Positions 41,805 to 50,647 of a stretch of 64,000 bases of DNA are shown piece by piece (within the stretch, counting starts at the first letter, position 1; every line of letters starts with the position of its first letter). The position numbers were made by a program, and so were the translations under genes. Below the pieces are notes generated by a model. It had not been told where the DNA came from. It saw only the letters and a program-made list of their open reading frames with translations, and made no database searches. This DNA is from Candidatus Nanopelagicales bacterium (GTDB lineage: Bacteria; Actinomycetota; Actinomycetes; S36-B12). The stretch is taken from positions 494 to 64,493 of the forward strand of contig JBMTDJ010000003.1 in the NCBI GenBank assembly GCA_049431945.1, read 5' to 3'.

Positions 41805-42383
41805 CTAACGGAAAACCAGGCCCGTGATCGGTTGAAGAGTCAGCCCGTAGGCGACGACGTACCAGGCGATCCCCACAGCGGCAGTCACGATGACGGCGCT
41901 GGCGAGCGCAATGTTTCGCTTGCGTACGCGGGGATCGAGTGCGGCCTCGGCAGCCCGCCGAGCCCAGCGCCGCACCGGCTCCAGCAGCCGTCTCGCCCAG
42001 GCGTACTCCGATGCCAGCACGATGAACCCGAGGATGATCGTCGCCCAGCCCGGTCCCGGAAGCACGAGCATCGCCACGCCCGCCAGGACCAGCCCGAAGC
42101 CGATGAGTAGCACGCCGGCCCGCCACAGCACGTGCGTCGACCTACGGCGACGCGCCCAGGCCCGGGCACGTAGGTGCGGGGGGAGGACGCGGTCGACAGC
42201 TTCCTCGAATCCCTCGACGAGTTCTTCAGCGGCATCCTCGATCGAGTCCTCGATCTGATGCAGGCGCGACTCCTCGGGAGTTTCCCCGTCTCGAGAATCG
42301 TCGTCGCGCTCACGCTCCGGGCCGCTCACCCATCCACGGTAACCGCGATCAGGGGTCCACGTCAGCCTGGGAACGCCGCTCAA
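41805..42383 (-). CDS. PGPGW-motif transmembrane protein
   Basis: LVLPGPGWATIILGFIVLASEYAWARR motif with an acidic N-terminal region. The start may be downstream, because it overlaps the pabC-like gene by 35 nt. Confidence 0.68.
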   Translation of the reverse strand: MSGVPRLTWTPDRGYRGWVSGPERERDDDSRDGETPEESRLHQIEDSIEDAAEELVEGFEEAVDRVLPPHLRARAWARRRRSTHVLWRAGVLLIGFGLVLAGVAMLVLPGPGWATIILGFIVLASEYAWARRLLEPVRRWARRAAEAALDPRVRKRNIALASAVIVTAAVGIAWYVVAYGLTLQPITGLVFR

Positions 42384-43191
42384 ACTCGGCCCTGACGGCG
42401 GCGGTCACCGGGCCGGGCGCGGGCAGCGAATGAGCGTCGATGCGGTGAACGGGCTGGACATCTCGCGTGGAGGAGGTGATGAAGGCCTCCTCCACAGCGG
42501 CCAGATCCTCGAAGGGGATGTCCTCCTCGACCGCGTCACTCCACTCGAGCACGAGTGCGCGGGTCACTCCGGGCAGGCAGCCGGTCTCCAGGGTGGGTGT
42601 CATCAGGCGCCCGCCGAGCACGACGAAGACATTTGAGCCGGTCCCCTCACAGAGCCGGCCGCGGGTGTCTCCCATGAGCGCCTCCCCCGCGCCGTGTTCG
42701 TGCGCTCGGGCGAGGGCGAGCACGTTCTCGGCGTACGACGTGGACTTGACGCCCGCCAGCGGGCTTCGCTCATTGCGGGGCCAGGGGACGGTGATCACGG
42801 CTGCCGACTCGGGCCAGGGCCTCATGGGCGAGGCAGCGACGACAAGCGTCGGCCCTGCCTCGCCTCGGTCGCTGCCGAGTGGAGCCTCTCCCGCGGTGAA
42901 GGTCACCCTCAGGCGGCCAAGCTCGCCGAGTGCCTCCGCATTGGCCTCGATGGTGTCGACAATGGCGGCCCTCACCCGGTCACGGTCGGGGATGGGCAGG
43001 CCCAAACCGGCGGCACTGCGCTCAAGTCGATCCAGATGCCGGCTTACGGCGAAGGCCTCACCTCCCGACACCTTCAGCGTCTCGAACACGCCGTCCGCCA
43101 CCGTGAAGCCGTGGTCGAGCACGGACACTCGGGCCCGCGACGCGTCGACGAGACCCCCCGGCTGGTCAGCCTGCGACAACCAGATCCTCAT
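42349..43191 (-). CDS. pabC: Class IV aminotransferase fold, likely aminodeoxychorismate lyase
   Basis: VLDHGFTVADGVFETLK, GVKSTSY and ITSSTRDVQPV motifs. ATG 43191 overlaps the stop of the upstream chorismate-binding gene as ATGA. Confidence 0.75.
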   Translation of the reverse strand: MRIWLSQADQPGGLVDASRARVSVLDHGFTVADGVFETLKVSGGEAFAVSRHLDRLERSAAGLGLPIPDRDRVRAAIVDTIEANAEALGELGRLRVTFTAGEAPLGSDRGEAGPTLVVAASPMRPWPESAAVITVPWPRNERSPLAGVKSTSYAENVLALARAHEHGAGEALMGDTRGRLCEGTGSNVFVVLGGRLMTPTLETGCLPGVTRALVLEWSDAVEEDIPFEDLAAVEEAFITSSTRDVQPVHRIDAHSLPAPGPVTAAVRAEFERRSQADVDP

Positions 43192-44273
43192 GACCTCACC
43201 TCGTCGAGCGTGCCGCGATGCCGTTCGGGCTCCCATGCACCTGACGCGATCGCGACAAGGCGCTCGGCCTTCAATTCCGTCTCGCGCCATTCCGCCCGAG
43301 CATCGGAACCCCACGTGATGCCGGCGCCTGTCCCGAAGTGCACGCGATCCTCCGACTTCCAGAAAGTACGAATGGCTACGGCGAGATTCGCCCGTCCGGC
43401 GTCGGCATCCACCCACCCGACCGCGCCGCAGTACGGCCCGCGCGAGGCCAGCTCAACATCATCGATGATGGCCATGGCAGCCAATTTTGGCGCACCCGTC
43501 ACCGAGCCGGGTGGAAACGTCGCGTCGATGACATCGGTCCAGGATGTGTCGGGTGCGAGGACGCCGCGGACTCGGCTGACTAGGTGCACCAGGCCTGGAT
43601 GCTCCTCTTCGGCCAGCAGATCAGGAACGCTCACCGTGCCTGTCGCGCAGACGCGCGAGAGATCGTTGCGCATCAGGTCCACGATCATGACGTTTTCTGC
43701 TTGGTCCTTGGGAAGCAGGTCAGCGGCGGTGCGGCCAGTTCCCTTGATCGGACCGGTGAGGACCTCGTCGCCGTCGCGGGCGATGAAGAGTTCGGGTGAC
43801 GCGCTGGCGATCTCGACGACGCCCGGAATGTTGATCATCGCCGCATGTGGCGCGGGATTGCCGCGGGTAAGGAGCGCATGCAACCCGCCGATGTCCGATC
43901 GCGCGTCCTCCGGCAGTGCGCCGGTGAGAATCCGGCAGACGTTGGCCTGGTAGACGTCCCCGGCCGCGATCCGCTCTCGCACATGGTCGACAGCGGCGAC
44001 GTAGTCAGCCTCAGCCATCGACGAGGACCACGACTCCGGACCTCGCCAAGGACCCGCGACCTCCTCAGCCGGGCCGGGCCGCCAGGTGGCGAATCGAGCG
44101 AAGACAGGATCTCCGGCGTAGGGAATCACCACCGCCCAGCGGCCCGAGGTATCGAGCGCACGGGCGTCGCTACGAACCTCCATGAGGTCGCGCGCTACCC
44201 AGCCGCCCAGATGGGCGACCGGCTGCGACCGGTCCGGGGACCATCCCACGTGGGGGCGGGGTGCGTGCGTCAC
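43188..44273 (-). CDS. pabB: Chorismate-binding enzyme, likely aminodeoxychorismate synthase component I
   Basis: The C-terminal core carries PPGSVTGAPK, SRGPYCGAVGW and AIRT. At 361 aa it lacks the long N-terminal domain of TrpE/PabB. Confidence 0.75.
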   Translation of the reverse strand: MTHAPRPHVGWSPDRSQPVAHLGGWVARDLMEVRSDARALDTSGRWAVVIPYAGDPVFARFATWRPGPAEEVAGPWRGPESWSSSMAEADYVAAVDHVRERIAAGDVYQANVCRILTGALPEDARSDIGGLHALLTRGNPAPHAAMINIPGVVEIASASPELFIARDGDEVLTGPIKGTGRTAADLLPKDQAENVMIVDLMRNDLSRVCATGTVSVPDLLAEEEHPGLVHLVSRVRGVLAPDTSWTDVIDATFPPGSVTGAPKLAAMAIIDDVELASRGPYCGAVGWVDADAGRANLAVAIRTFWKSEDRVHFGTGAGITWGSDARAEWRETELKAERLVAIASGAWEPERHRGTLDEVRS

Positions 44274-44383
44274 GGCACCATCCTGTCGGGTCGGGGTCGC
44301 GTTGAGGAGCCCTCGGCGTGTCGGCTATCGTCGTCCCCCTGACTGGGCCCCGGCTTGGTCTGACCGGGCAACCGCCCGGTCTC

Positions 44384-44456
44384 GCGGACGTAGCGCAGTT
44401 GGTAGCGCATCACCTTGCCAAGGTGAGGGTCGCGGGTTCGAGTCCCGTCGTCCGCT
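44384..44456 (+). tRNA. tRNA-Gly (anticodon GCC)
   Basis: GCGGACG/TA/GCGC-AGTTGGTA-GCGC/A/TCACC-TTGCCAA-GGTGA/GGGTC/GCGGG-TTCGAGT-CCCGT/CGTCCGC/T. No CCA is encoded. Confidence 0.92.
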
Positions 44457-44478
44457 CGAAGGGTCCACGAGACCTTTC

Positions 44479-44549
44479 GGTGGAGTGGCCGAGAGGCGAG
44501 GCAAGGGACTGCAAATCCCTCTACACGGGTTCAAATCCCGTCTCCACCT
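44479..44549 (+). tRNA. tRNA-Cys (anticodon GCA)
   Basis: GGTGGAG...AGGGA-CTGCAAA-TCCCT...ACGGG-TTCAAAT-CCCGT/CTCCACC/T. 71 nt, no CCA encoded. Confidence 0.9.
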
Positions 44550-44581
44550 CGCAGCAACACGAGCACGGGCACCACCAGCAC

Positions 44582-44657
44582 GGGCGATTGGCGCAGGGGC
44601 TAGCGCGCTTCCTTGACACGGAAGAGGTCACAGGTTCAAATCCTGTATCGCCCACCA
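44582..44657 (+). tRNA. tRNA-Val (anticodon GAC), CCA encoded
   Basis: GGGCGAT/TG/GCGC-AGGGGCTA-GCGC/G/CTTCC-TTGACAC-GGAAG/AGGTC/ACAGG-TTCAAAT-CCTGT/ATCGCCC/A + CCA (44655-44657). Confidence 0.92.
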
Positions 44658-45049
44658 TGGCAGCGATCCGTCGTCTCGTCGGCGTCTACGACGCTGACGG
44701 TGATCTGCGCGGGGAGATTGCCTACCTCGCTGGCAAGTTCGGTGGCCGCCATTGCGCCCTCTGCGACATCACCCACTCCCCCGTTCGGCGTCGGCGCGAG
44801 TGGGATGACTACGTCTCGACCCTTCCCGTGCCCTTCGACCTGGTTCACCGCAATAAGCGATCTGAGGCGATCGCCTCGGCCACCGATGGCCGTGAGGCAT
44901 GCGTCGTGGCCGAATGCACTGACGGTGCCGTCGTCTTCCTGCTGGATAACGACGATCTCCTACGTGCGAGCGATGTCGCGGGCCTGGCACGAGCCGTCGA
45001 CGACGCGATCGCGTCCGCTGGACTGAGTTGGACCGGCGCTAGCCCTTGA
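44657..45049 (+). CDS. Hypothetical 130-aa protein (family not recognised)
   Basis: MAAIRRLVGVYDADGDLRGEIAYLAGKFGGRHCALCDITHSP... has acidic, balanced composition and a coding-like third-position bias. This is the only possible start, because the upstream part of the 243-aa ORF is the tRNA cluster. Confidence 0.55.
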   Translation: MAAIRRLVGVYDADGDLRGEIAYLAGKFGGRHCALCDITHSPVRRRREWDDYVSTLPVPFDLVHRNKRSEAIASATDGREACVVAECTDGAVVFLLDNDDLLRASDVAGLARAVDDAIASAGLSWTGASP

Positions 45050-45206
45050 CCTAGACCGCGCCGCCGACGTGCTGCTTGGTTCATCCCCCCTCAATCGCGA
45101 CGACCCGTCATCACCCTCACGGGTTTGCGCGCCCCCGGCACAGGAGCCGCCCGAGTCGTTGCCCGAATCACGGAAACCCTGAGCCGGGTGGACATCCGTT
45201 GGTGGG

Positions 45207-46091
45207 CTAGCGCAAGGAGTCGATCGCTTCCACCAGGGCGTCGGGTGCTTCCCAGTTGACCATGTGTCCCGCTCCTTCGACCCACACCATGGTGGCGCCC
45301 TCAATCGAGGTCGAGAGCCGCTCGGATTGCCATGGCGGGGCCGTACTGTCCTTGCGGCCGCAGATCACGATGGTGGGCTTCTTGATCTGATCGAGGCGGT
45401 CACCACGATCCTCATCGCCGAATGCCTGCAGAATGGGCACGAGAGACTTCAGATCCTGGGCCTTGAAGATCTCCACGAACATCGACAGGGCGGCAGGATC
45501 GGGATTGTCTCCATAGATGGACTTCGAGAAGGCCTTCGCCACCAACCCGCTCGACAGCATGCTCTTCAAGATGCCGCTCTTGATCATCGGGATCTGCGCC
45601 TTGTTCTGCATCGACCCCTTCGTGATGCTGCCCGAGAAGGTCGCAAAGAGGATCACGGCCTTAACGCGATCAGCAAGACCTGGGACGTCGAGAAGGCCCG
45701 CGATCGCGACGAAGCCCCCCATGGAATGCCCGACGAGGATGGCATCGTGGATGTCGAGCTGCTCGAGAATGGCGAGGTAGTCGCCGGCCATCTGCAGCGA
45801 TCCGACTCCGTCGGTGCCGATGGTGGATTTCCCGTGACCTCGCTGATCGAAGGTGATCACGCGATACCCCTTGGCAACGAGCATCTCGGCGACGACGTTC
45901 CACTCGAGCATCGTGAGCCCGAAGCCGTGAGCCAAGAAGACGGTCGGGCCAGAACCCGCGACTCTCACCCGCAGGCGAGTGCCATCCGGTCGCTCGACCC
46001 AGGTCTCGTCACCCACCGGGTCCTTGCGCAGTTCCTCGAGCGTGTACTCGCGTGATGCCATGACAACTCCTCTCAGTTTTGCCCTGGACAA
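45207..46091 (-). CDS. Alpha/beta-fold hydrolase
   Basis: Nucleophile elbow GHSMGG, the oxyanion HG of FLAHGFG, and a C-terminal GAGHM. Confidence 0.85.
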   Translation of the reverse strand: MSRAKLRGVVMASREYTLEELRKDPVGDETWVERPDGTRLRVRVAGSGPTVFLAHGFGLTMLEWNVVAEMLVAKGYRVITFDQRGHGKSTIGTDGVGSLQMAGDYLAILEQLDIHDAILVGHSMGGFVAIAGLLDVPGLADRVKAVILFATFSGSITKGSMQNKAQIPMIKSGILKSMLSSGLVAKAFSKSIYGDNPDPAALSMFVEIFKAQDLKSLVPILQAFGDEDRGDRLDQIKKPTIVICGRKDSTAPPWQSERLSTSIEGATMVWVEGAGHMVNWEAPDALVEAIDSLR

Positions 46092-46684
46092 GCGGCGGAT
46101 GGGCTTGGCGAACTGATCATGCGAATGGCCAGGTCGGCGTTATGGCGAGCGACGCTCACCTTGTCCGGGTCCACGCTGGGATCGAACCATCGGATGAGAT
46201 CGATGCCGAGAGCCAGCAGGGAATGGGTCGTACGATGCAAATCGGCTACCTCGAAGGCTCCTGCTCGAATTCCCGCCTCGAGGGCAGTACGCATGAGCCG
46301 ATGGAATTCACGCCGCTGGGCGACCACCACGGCCCGGTGCTCCGGAGTGAGGGCATGCATCTCGTACTGCGTCACACGAGCCGCCTGAATGTTCTCGAGG
46401 TGCCAAAGGCTGAACTCCATCACCATCGCGTGGACGCGACTCACCGGATCGCCGTGCGAGTCGTAGACACCCTGGAGGTGCACCAGGGCGCTGCGCTGGG
46501 TTCGTTCACTGATGGCGAAGAGGAGTTCTTCCTTCGAGGAATGGTGCACGTAGACGGCAGCCGGACTCCGGTCCGCCTTCGCCGCAATGTCACGGGTCCG
46601 GGATCCGCCATAACCGTGCTCCGCGAACACCTCGATCGCGGCATCGAAGAGCCGTCGCTGCGCTTTCGTCAGTTCCACCTTCAC
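46073..46684 (-). CDS. TetR/AcrR-family transcriptional regulator
   Basis: N-terminal HTH (LFDAAIEVFAEHGYGGSRTRDIAAKADRSPAAVYVHHSSKEELL). The start is GTG 46684. Overlaps the hydrolase gene. Confidence 0.9.
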   Translation of the reverse strand: MKVELTKAQRRLFDAAIEVFAEHGYGGSRTRDIAAKADRSPAAVYVHHSSKEELLFAISERTQRSALVHLQGVYDSHGDPVSRVHAMVMEFSLWHLENIQAARVTQYEMHALTPEHRAVVVAQRREFHRLMRTALEAGIRAGAFEVADLHRTTHSLLALGIDLIRWFDPSVDPDKVSVARHNADLAIRMISSPSPSAACPGQN

Positions 46685-46709
46685 TCCTCGACAGGTGCCT
46701 CCTGCGCGT

Positions 46710-46731
46710 CACCTAAGCGCATGCTTAGGTG
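46710..46731. promoter_or_regulatory. Candidate TetR operator: 9-bp inverted repeat with a 4-bp spacer
   Basis: CACCTAAGC-gcat-GCTTAGGTG lies 26-47 nt upstream of the TetR GTG start, in the only intergenic space before that operon. Confidence 0.45.
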
Positions 46732-46824
46732 TTCAGGAGGCATTTTGGGCATGTTGAGAAGCACATGGGCCACACCAATGGACTCACGTCACAGGAATCA
46801 CATCGCTCCCCGGGATCGCGGGAG

Positions 46825-47922
46825 CTAGGCGGGCACGACGACCTGGCGCAGCGCCGCCCCTTCGCGCAAGCGGTCCATGGCGACGTTGATCTCCTCGAGC
46901 GGGAGCTCGTCGGAGACAAGTCGCTCGACGGGCAGGCGACCTTCGCGCCACATGCACTCGAACAGGGGGATATCGCGGGCGGGCACGGCGGAGCCGAGAT
47001 AGCTGCCCACAATGCGACGTCCCTCTGCGACGAGCGCGAGCGGCGAGATGCCAGCGATGGCGCCCGCGGGTGGGAGCCCGACGCTCACGGTCGTGCCCCC
47101 CGGATTCGTGAGCGAGATCGCGGTCTCAAAGGCAGGCACTGCCCCCGCTGCCTCGATCACCAGATCTGCGCCGAGGCCATCGATCTCGTCTGGCGACACC
47201 GCGGCATCAGCCCCACAGTTCAGAGCGGCCGCACGCTTGCTCGCGATGGGATCAACCCCCACCACACGCACATCCGCGTGGCCTGACGCCACGAGCACTG
47301 CTGCGAGTCCGACCCCACCAAGGCCCACGACGGCGACTGTGGTTCCGGGCCGTGGGGGTGCGACGTTGACGACAGCTCCGCCTCCCGTCAGGACCGCGCA
47401 GCCCAGAAGCGCGGCCACCGCCGGGGGCACGTCAGATCCCACCGGCACCACCGAGCGTTCGTCGACCACCGCGTAGTCGGCAAACACCGAGGCACCCAGA
47501 TGGTGGTGGATCCGGCCATCGCTCCCACGGAGCCTCGATCCTCCGGAGACGAGCTCACCAGCCGAGTTGGCCGTGCTGCCCGGGATGCACGGGCGGACTC
47601 CATCCGTCGCGCACCCGTCGCAATCCCCGCATCGAGGAAGGAACGTGATGGCGACGCGCTGTCCCACCGCCATGGTGGCGCCGTCGCCGCATGCATCGAC
47701 GACGCCTGCCCCTTCGTGTCCGAGCAGCATGGGCACCGGCCTTGGCCGGCCCCCATCCACGACCGAGAGGTCCGAATGGCAGACGCCGGCTGCCTCCAGG
47801 CGAACCCTCACTTCACCAGGTCCAGGCTCATCGAGATCTAGTTCGCGGATGACCAGGGGCCTGCTGATTGCGTAGGGAGGCTCAGCGCCGACGCGTTCGA
47901 GCACCGCCCCGCGAATCCTCAT
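46825..47922 (-). CDS. Zinc-dependent alcohol dehydrogenase (MDR family)
   Basis: GVCHSDLSV and GHEGAGVV Zn ligands, structural-Zn Cys cluster (CGDCDGC), and GLGGVG Rossmann. ATG 47922 overlaps the thioesterase stop as ATGA; the 470-aa longest ORF is an artefact. Confidence 0.9.
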   Translation of the reverse strand: MRIRGAVLERVGAEPPYAISRPLVIRELDLDEPGPGEVRVRLEAAGVCHSDLSVVDGGRPRPVPMLLGHEGAGVVDACGDGATMAVGQRVAITFLPRCGDCDGCATDGVRPCIPGSTANSAGELVSGGSRLRGSDGRIHHHLGASVFADYAVVDERSVVPVGSDVPPAVAALLGCAVLTGGGAVVNVAPPRPGTTVAVVGLGGVGLAAVLVASGHADVRVVGVDPIASKRAAALNCGADAAVSPDEIDGLGADLVIEAAGAVPAFETAISLTNPGGTTVSVGLPPAGAIAGISPLALVAEGRRIVGSYLGSAVPARDIPLFECMWREGRLPVERLVSDELPLEEINVAMDRLREGAALRQVVVPA

Positions 47923-48401
47923 TCGCTGAACTCCGCGATGGATGCCATCGCCGCTTTGAGGGGCTCGGGGATCGCGCACGCAAGGCCCGTCGCCCTGTCG
48001 ACATACACGTGCACCCAGTGAGCCACGGCGGCGGCAGGGGCGTCGGCTGAGGGGTGGCCGCCCTCGAAGACCCCGAGTGCATAGGTGACGCTTGACCGGC
48101 CCAGACGTTCGATCCTGAAGCCGATCGTGATGGGACCGGGGAATGACACTGGCCGGAGGAACCTGCACCCTGATTCGGCCACGACACCTATGGCTTCCAT
48201 CTGCTCGAAGGGAACCGCGAGGTGCTCGGAAATCCAAGAGTTGATGGCGGCATCGAAGTAGGCGTAGTACACCGCGTTGTTGACATGCCCGTACATGTCG
48301 TTGTCTGCCCAGCGTGTAGTGACCAGGTGTCTCACCGGAAAATCGCGAAGTACCGCGCCCTCAACCGCCGCCATGGGCCCCATTGTGATGCGGTCCTCCA
48401 C
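47919..48401 (-). CDS. Acyl-CoA thioesterase (4HBT/hot-dog fold)
   Basis: The VRHLVTTRWADNDMYGHVNNAVYYAYFD motif is typical of YbgC/4HBT thioesterases. Confidence 0.85.
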   Translation of the reverse strand: MEDRITMGPMAAVEGAVLRDFPVRHLVTTRWADNDMYGHVNNAVYYAYFDAAINSWISEHLAVPFEQMEAIGVVAESGCRFLRPVSFPGPITIGFRIERLGRSSVTYALGVFEGGHPSADAPAAAVAHWVHVYVDRATGLACAIPEPLKAAMASIAEFSE

Positions 48402-48448
48402 TGGATGTCACGAGCCTGCACCTCGCCGCGCCCAACTCCGCGGTTCTG

Positions 48449-49288
48449 TCAGGCCTTGACCTTGACGGCGCCCACGAGTTGCTGCTCGGTGAAGCCTCCC
48501 TCGATGACGCCCTGAGTCGCGTAGCGGTACAGAACCACGGAGAACACGCCGCGGATGGCGGTGAGCACGAGTCCGGCAATGACGAGCACGACGAGCCCGA
48601 CGACGGCGAGCGGCACGCCTACGGCCCACGCGCCGATCGTGGACAGCACGACTCCGCCGGCGAGGGCCAGGATCGCCGGAAGGACTGCGACGAGACCGAT
48701 GAGTCCCCCGATGCGTACGCCGCCGGAGAGCTGCGTACCCCAGCGCTGCTTGAAGGTCGAGGCCGACTTCTTGATGGCGTCGATCATGCCGAGATCGTCC
48801 AGCATCATCGCGGGCATCACGAAGAAGGTGATGAGCTGCCACATCACGTCGGCCGCTGCCGCCAAGACGTTGCGGAAGATCACCGACACGATGCCGCCGC
48901 TGTTGTTGCCGCGCAGCGCCGCGATAAGGGCACCAACGACCGCACTCACGAAGGCCCATCGAGCAAGACGCCCCAGGCGCCCCATCGCCGTGCCGAGGCC
49001 GTGACCGAGGGAGGACTCACCGCCCTCGAGCTCGGCTGCCGCGCTCACGGTGAGGCCAGCCTGCACGATCGAGTTGACCAAGGCGAGGAGGTACACACCG
49101 ACGGCGACGAGCGCCCAGCCGATCCAGTTCTGGTTGCTCGCGATGAAGAGGACCCCGGGTACGACCACGACGAACGGGATTACGGCAAGGGCGATGCCCA
49201 CCACGGGGTACGCGAGCAGGTAGCGGTTGTCCTTGAGGACAGCCCAGGACTGTCGAGTGAGCGCGCGGCTGTCCGACCAGGAGCCCAT
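48449..49288 (-). CDS. Polytopic membrane protein (DUF6159-like)
   Basis: ATG 49288 follows the upstream gene's stop by 2 nt. It has about 6 hydrophobic helices and a C-terminal YRYATQG segment. The family call is from memory only. Confidence 0.6.
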   Translation of the reverse strand: MGSWSDSRALTRQSWAVLKDNRYLLAYPVVGIALAVIPFVVVVPGVLFIASNQNWIGWALVAVGVYLLALVNSIVQAGLTVSAAAELEGGESSLGHGLGTAMGRLGRLARWAFVSAVVGALIAALRGNNSGGIVSVIFRNVLAAAADVMWQLITFFVMPAMMLDDLGMIDAIKKSASTFKQRWGTQLSGGVRIGGLIGLVAVLPAILALAGGVVLSTIGAWAVGVPLAVVGLVVLVIAGLVLTAIRGVFSVVLYRYATQGVIEGGFTEQQLVGAVKVKA

Positions 49289-49290
49289 GA

Positions 49291-49557
49291 CTACGCAGAA
49301 CTCTTGCGGAAGAGCGCTGCCACGATCGCCACGAGGACGGTGGCCACGAGGATCTGGATGATGAGCGTGAGCCAGCTGAATCCCCACACCTGGCCGAAGA
49401 ACTGCACGCCGATCCACGTGCCGATCGCCGCGCCGACGATGCCGCAGATGATCGTCATGAGGCACCCGATCGGCTGCATGCTCGGCACGAGGAGCCGAGC
49501 GATGACGCCGATAACGATGCCCACGCCCAGGATGCTGAAGAAGCCCGTCATTTCCAT
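49291..49557 (-). CDS. GlsB/YeaQ/YmgE-family stress-response membrane protein
   Basis: 88 aa; GVGIVIGVIARLLVP...GIVGAAIGTWIG is the transglycosylase-associated family pattern. Confidence 0.85.
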   Translation of the reverse strand: MEMTGFFSILGVGIVIGVIARLLVPSMQPIGCLMTIICGIVGAAIGTWIGVQFFGQVWGFSWLTLIIQILVATVLVAIVAALFRKSSA

Positions 49558-49597
49558 GGGGGGACTATGGCATGCCAGCGGCCGCTCGCGCCTGACT

Positions 49598-50647
49598 TCA
49601 GGGCGTGTCGCCCAGCCGCGATAGCGCCACGATGCGTGAGAGGGCTCGCCTGTACTTCTTGCGGTACCCGCCGCGGAGCATCTCCTCTGAGAAGATCCGG
49701 TCCACCGGGACGCCGGAGGCTCGGACGGGGATGTCGCGGTCGTACAGCCGGTCCACGAGAACGACAGTGCGCAGAGCCTCTACCTGGTCGGTAAGGGTGT
49801 GAACATCGGTGAAGTAGGCGGCATCGACACCGTCGACCAGCGCGGAGTACTTGGACGGGTGGACCCTCCCCAGGTGCCTCTGGAGATCGCGCCAATCATC
49901 GACGACAGCCCCACCATCGGCAGCCGCCAATCGCGCAATCGCGTCCTCGTCCAGCGGATCGGGAGCGACCGGAGCTCCTCGGTGCCGGTAGTCCTCGCCT
50001 TCGATGCGAATGACATCGAAGTGCGCCGACAGCCCCTGGATCTCGCGCAGGAAATCCTCCGCCGCGAACCGCTCCTCGCCCAGCCTCTCCGGCAGGGTGT
50101 TGGAGGTGGCCGCCAACTTCACGCCACCCTCGACCAGCCGGCCCAGCAGGGTCGACATGAGGACGGTGTCGCCGGGATCGTCGAGTTCGAACTCATCGAT
50201 GCAGACGAGTCGGAATGCAGACAGCCGCTCGACGGCCTGGGCGAATCCGAGGGCCCCGACCAGGTTCGTGTACTCGACGAAGGTGCCGTAGGCGCGCGGC
50301 TCGGGGGCGACGTGCCATAGGGAAGCGAGGAGGTGGGTCTTGCCCACGCCGAAGCCTCCATCGAGATAGACCCCGGCGCGCTGCTCCGGTGCCGCCGCTT
50401 TGCGCCACCGGCGCGCTGGACGCTCACCTAGGCGCGAAGCGAATGCCTCGAGCGCTGCTACCGCAGCAGCCTGCGTCGGCTCGGCCGGATCGGGTCGATA
50501 CGTGGAGAAGCGCACCTCCACGAAGTGAGGTGGCGGCACGAGGTCCGCGAGCAGTCGGTCGACCGGGACCTGCGGGTTGCGGTCCACGAGGCGTCCGGGC
50601 ACCTGCCGGATGCTACGCGGCGAGCAGCCGTGCCACCATCCGTGCAT
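49598..50647 (-). CDS. zapE: Cell division protein ZapE (AFG1-like ATPase)
   Basis: PPPHF...F..Y N-terminal motif, Walker A GGFGVGKTHL, Walker B LVCIDEFELDD. The true start is probably an internal GTG (50602 or 50587). Confidence 0.85.
   Translation of the reverse strand: MHGWWHGCSPRSIRQVPGRLVDRNPQVPVDRLLADLVPPPHFVEVRFSTYRPDPAEPTQAAAVAALEAFASRLGERPARRWRKAAAPEQRAGVYLDGGFGVGKTHLLASLWHVAPEPRAYGTFVEYTNLVGALGFAQAVERLSAFRLVCIDEFELDDPGDTVLMSTLLGRLVEGGVKLAATSNTLPERLGEERFAAEDFLREIQGLSAHFDVIRIEGEDYRHRGAPVAPDPLDEDAIARLAAADGGAVVDDWRDLQRHLGRVHPSKYSALVDGVDAAYFTDVHTLTDQVEALRTVVLVDRLYDRDIPVRASGVPVDRIFSEEMLRGGYRKKYRRALSRIVALSRLGDTP

Noticed and set aside
44318-45049. 243-aa ORF spanning 44318..45049, and the minus ORF 44325..44534
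   Set aside because: The first ~340 nt are three canonical tRNA genes (Gly, Cys, Val). Only the part from ATG 44657 can be protein-coding.
44274-46731. tRNA-associated integrative genomic island
   Set aside because: There is no integrase, excisionase or transposase. By eye I found no direct repeat of a tRNA 3' end downstream. Only a modest GC dip remains, and it is reported as a low-interest finding.
46825-48237. N-terminal extensions of longest ORFs: ADH to 48237, ruvB to 26958, the DUF6159-like gene to 49465, EF-G-like from 36095, pgsA to 36421, pabC to 43416, aroE to 7389
   Set aside because: The extensions are Arg-rich. They overlap the upstream gene, and homologues start at the internal ATG or GTG, often with ATGA/GTGA stop-start coupling or a good SD.
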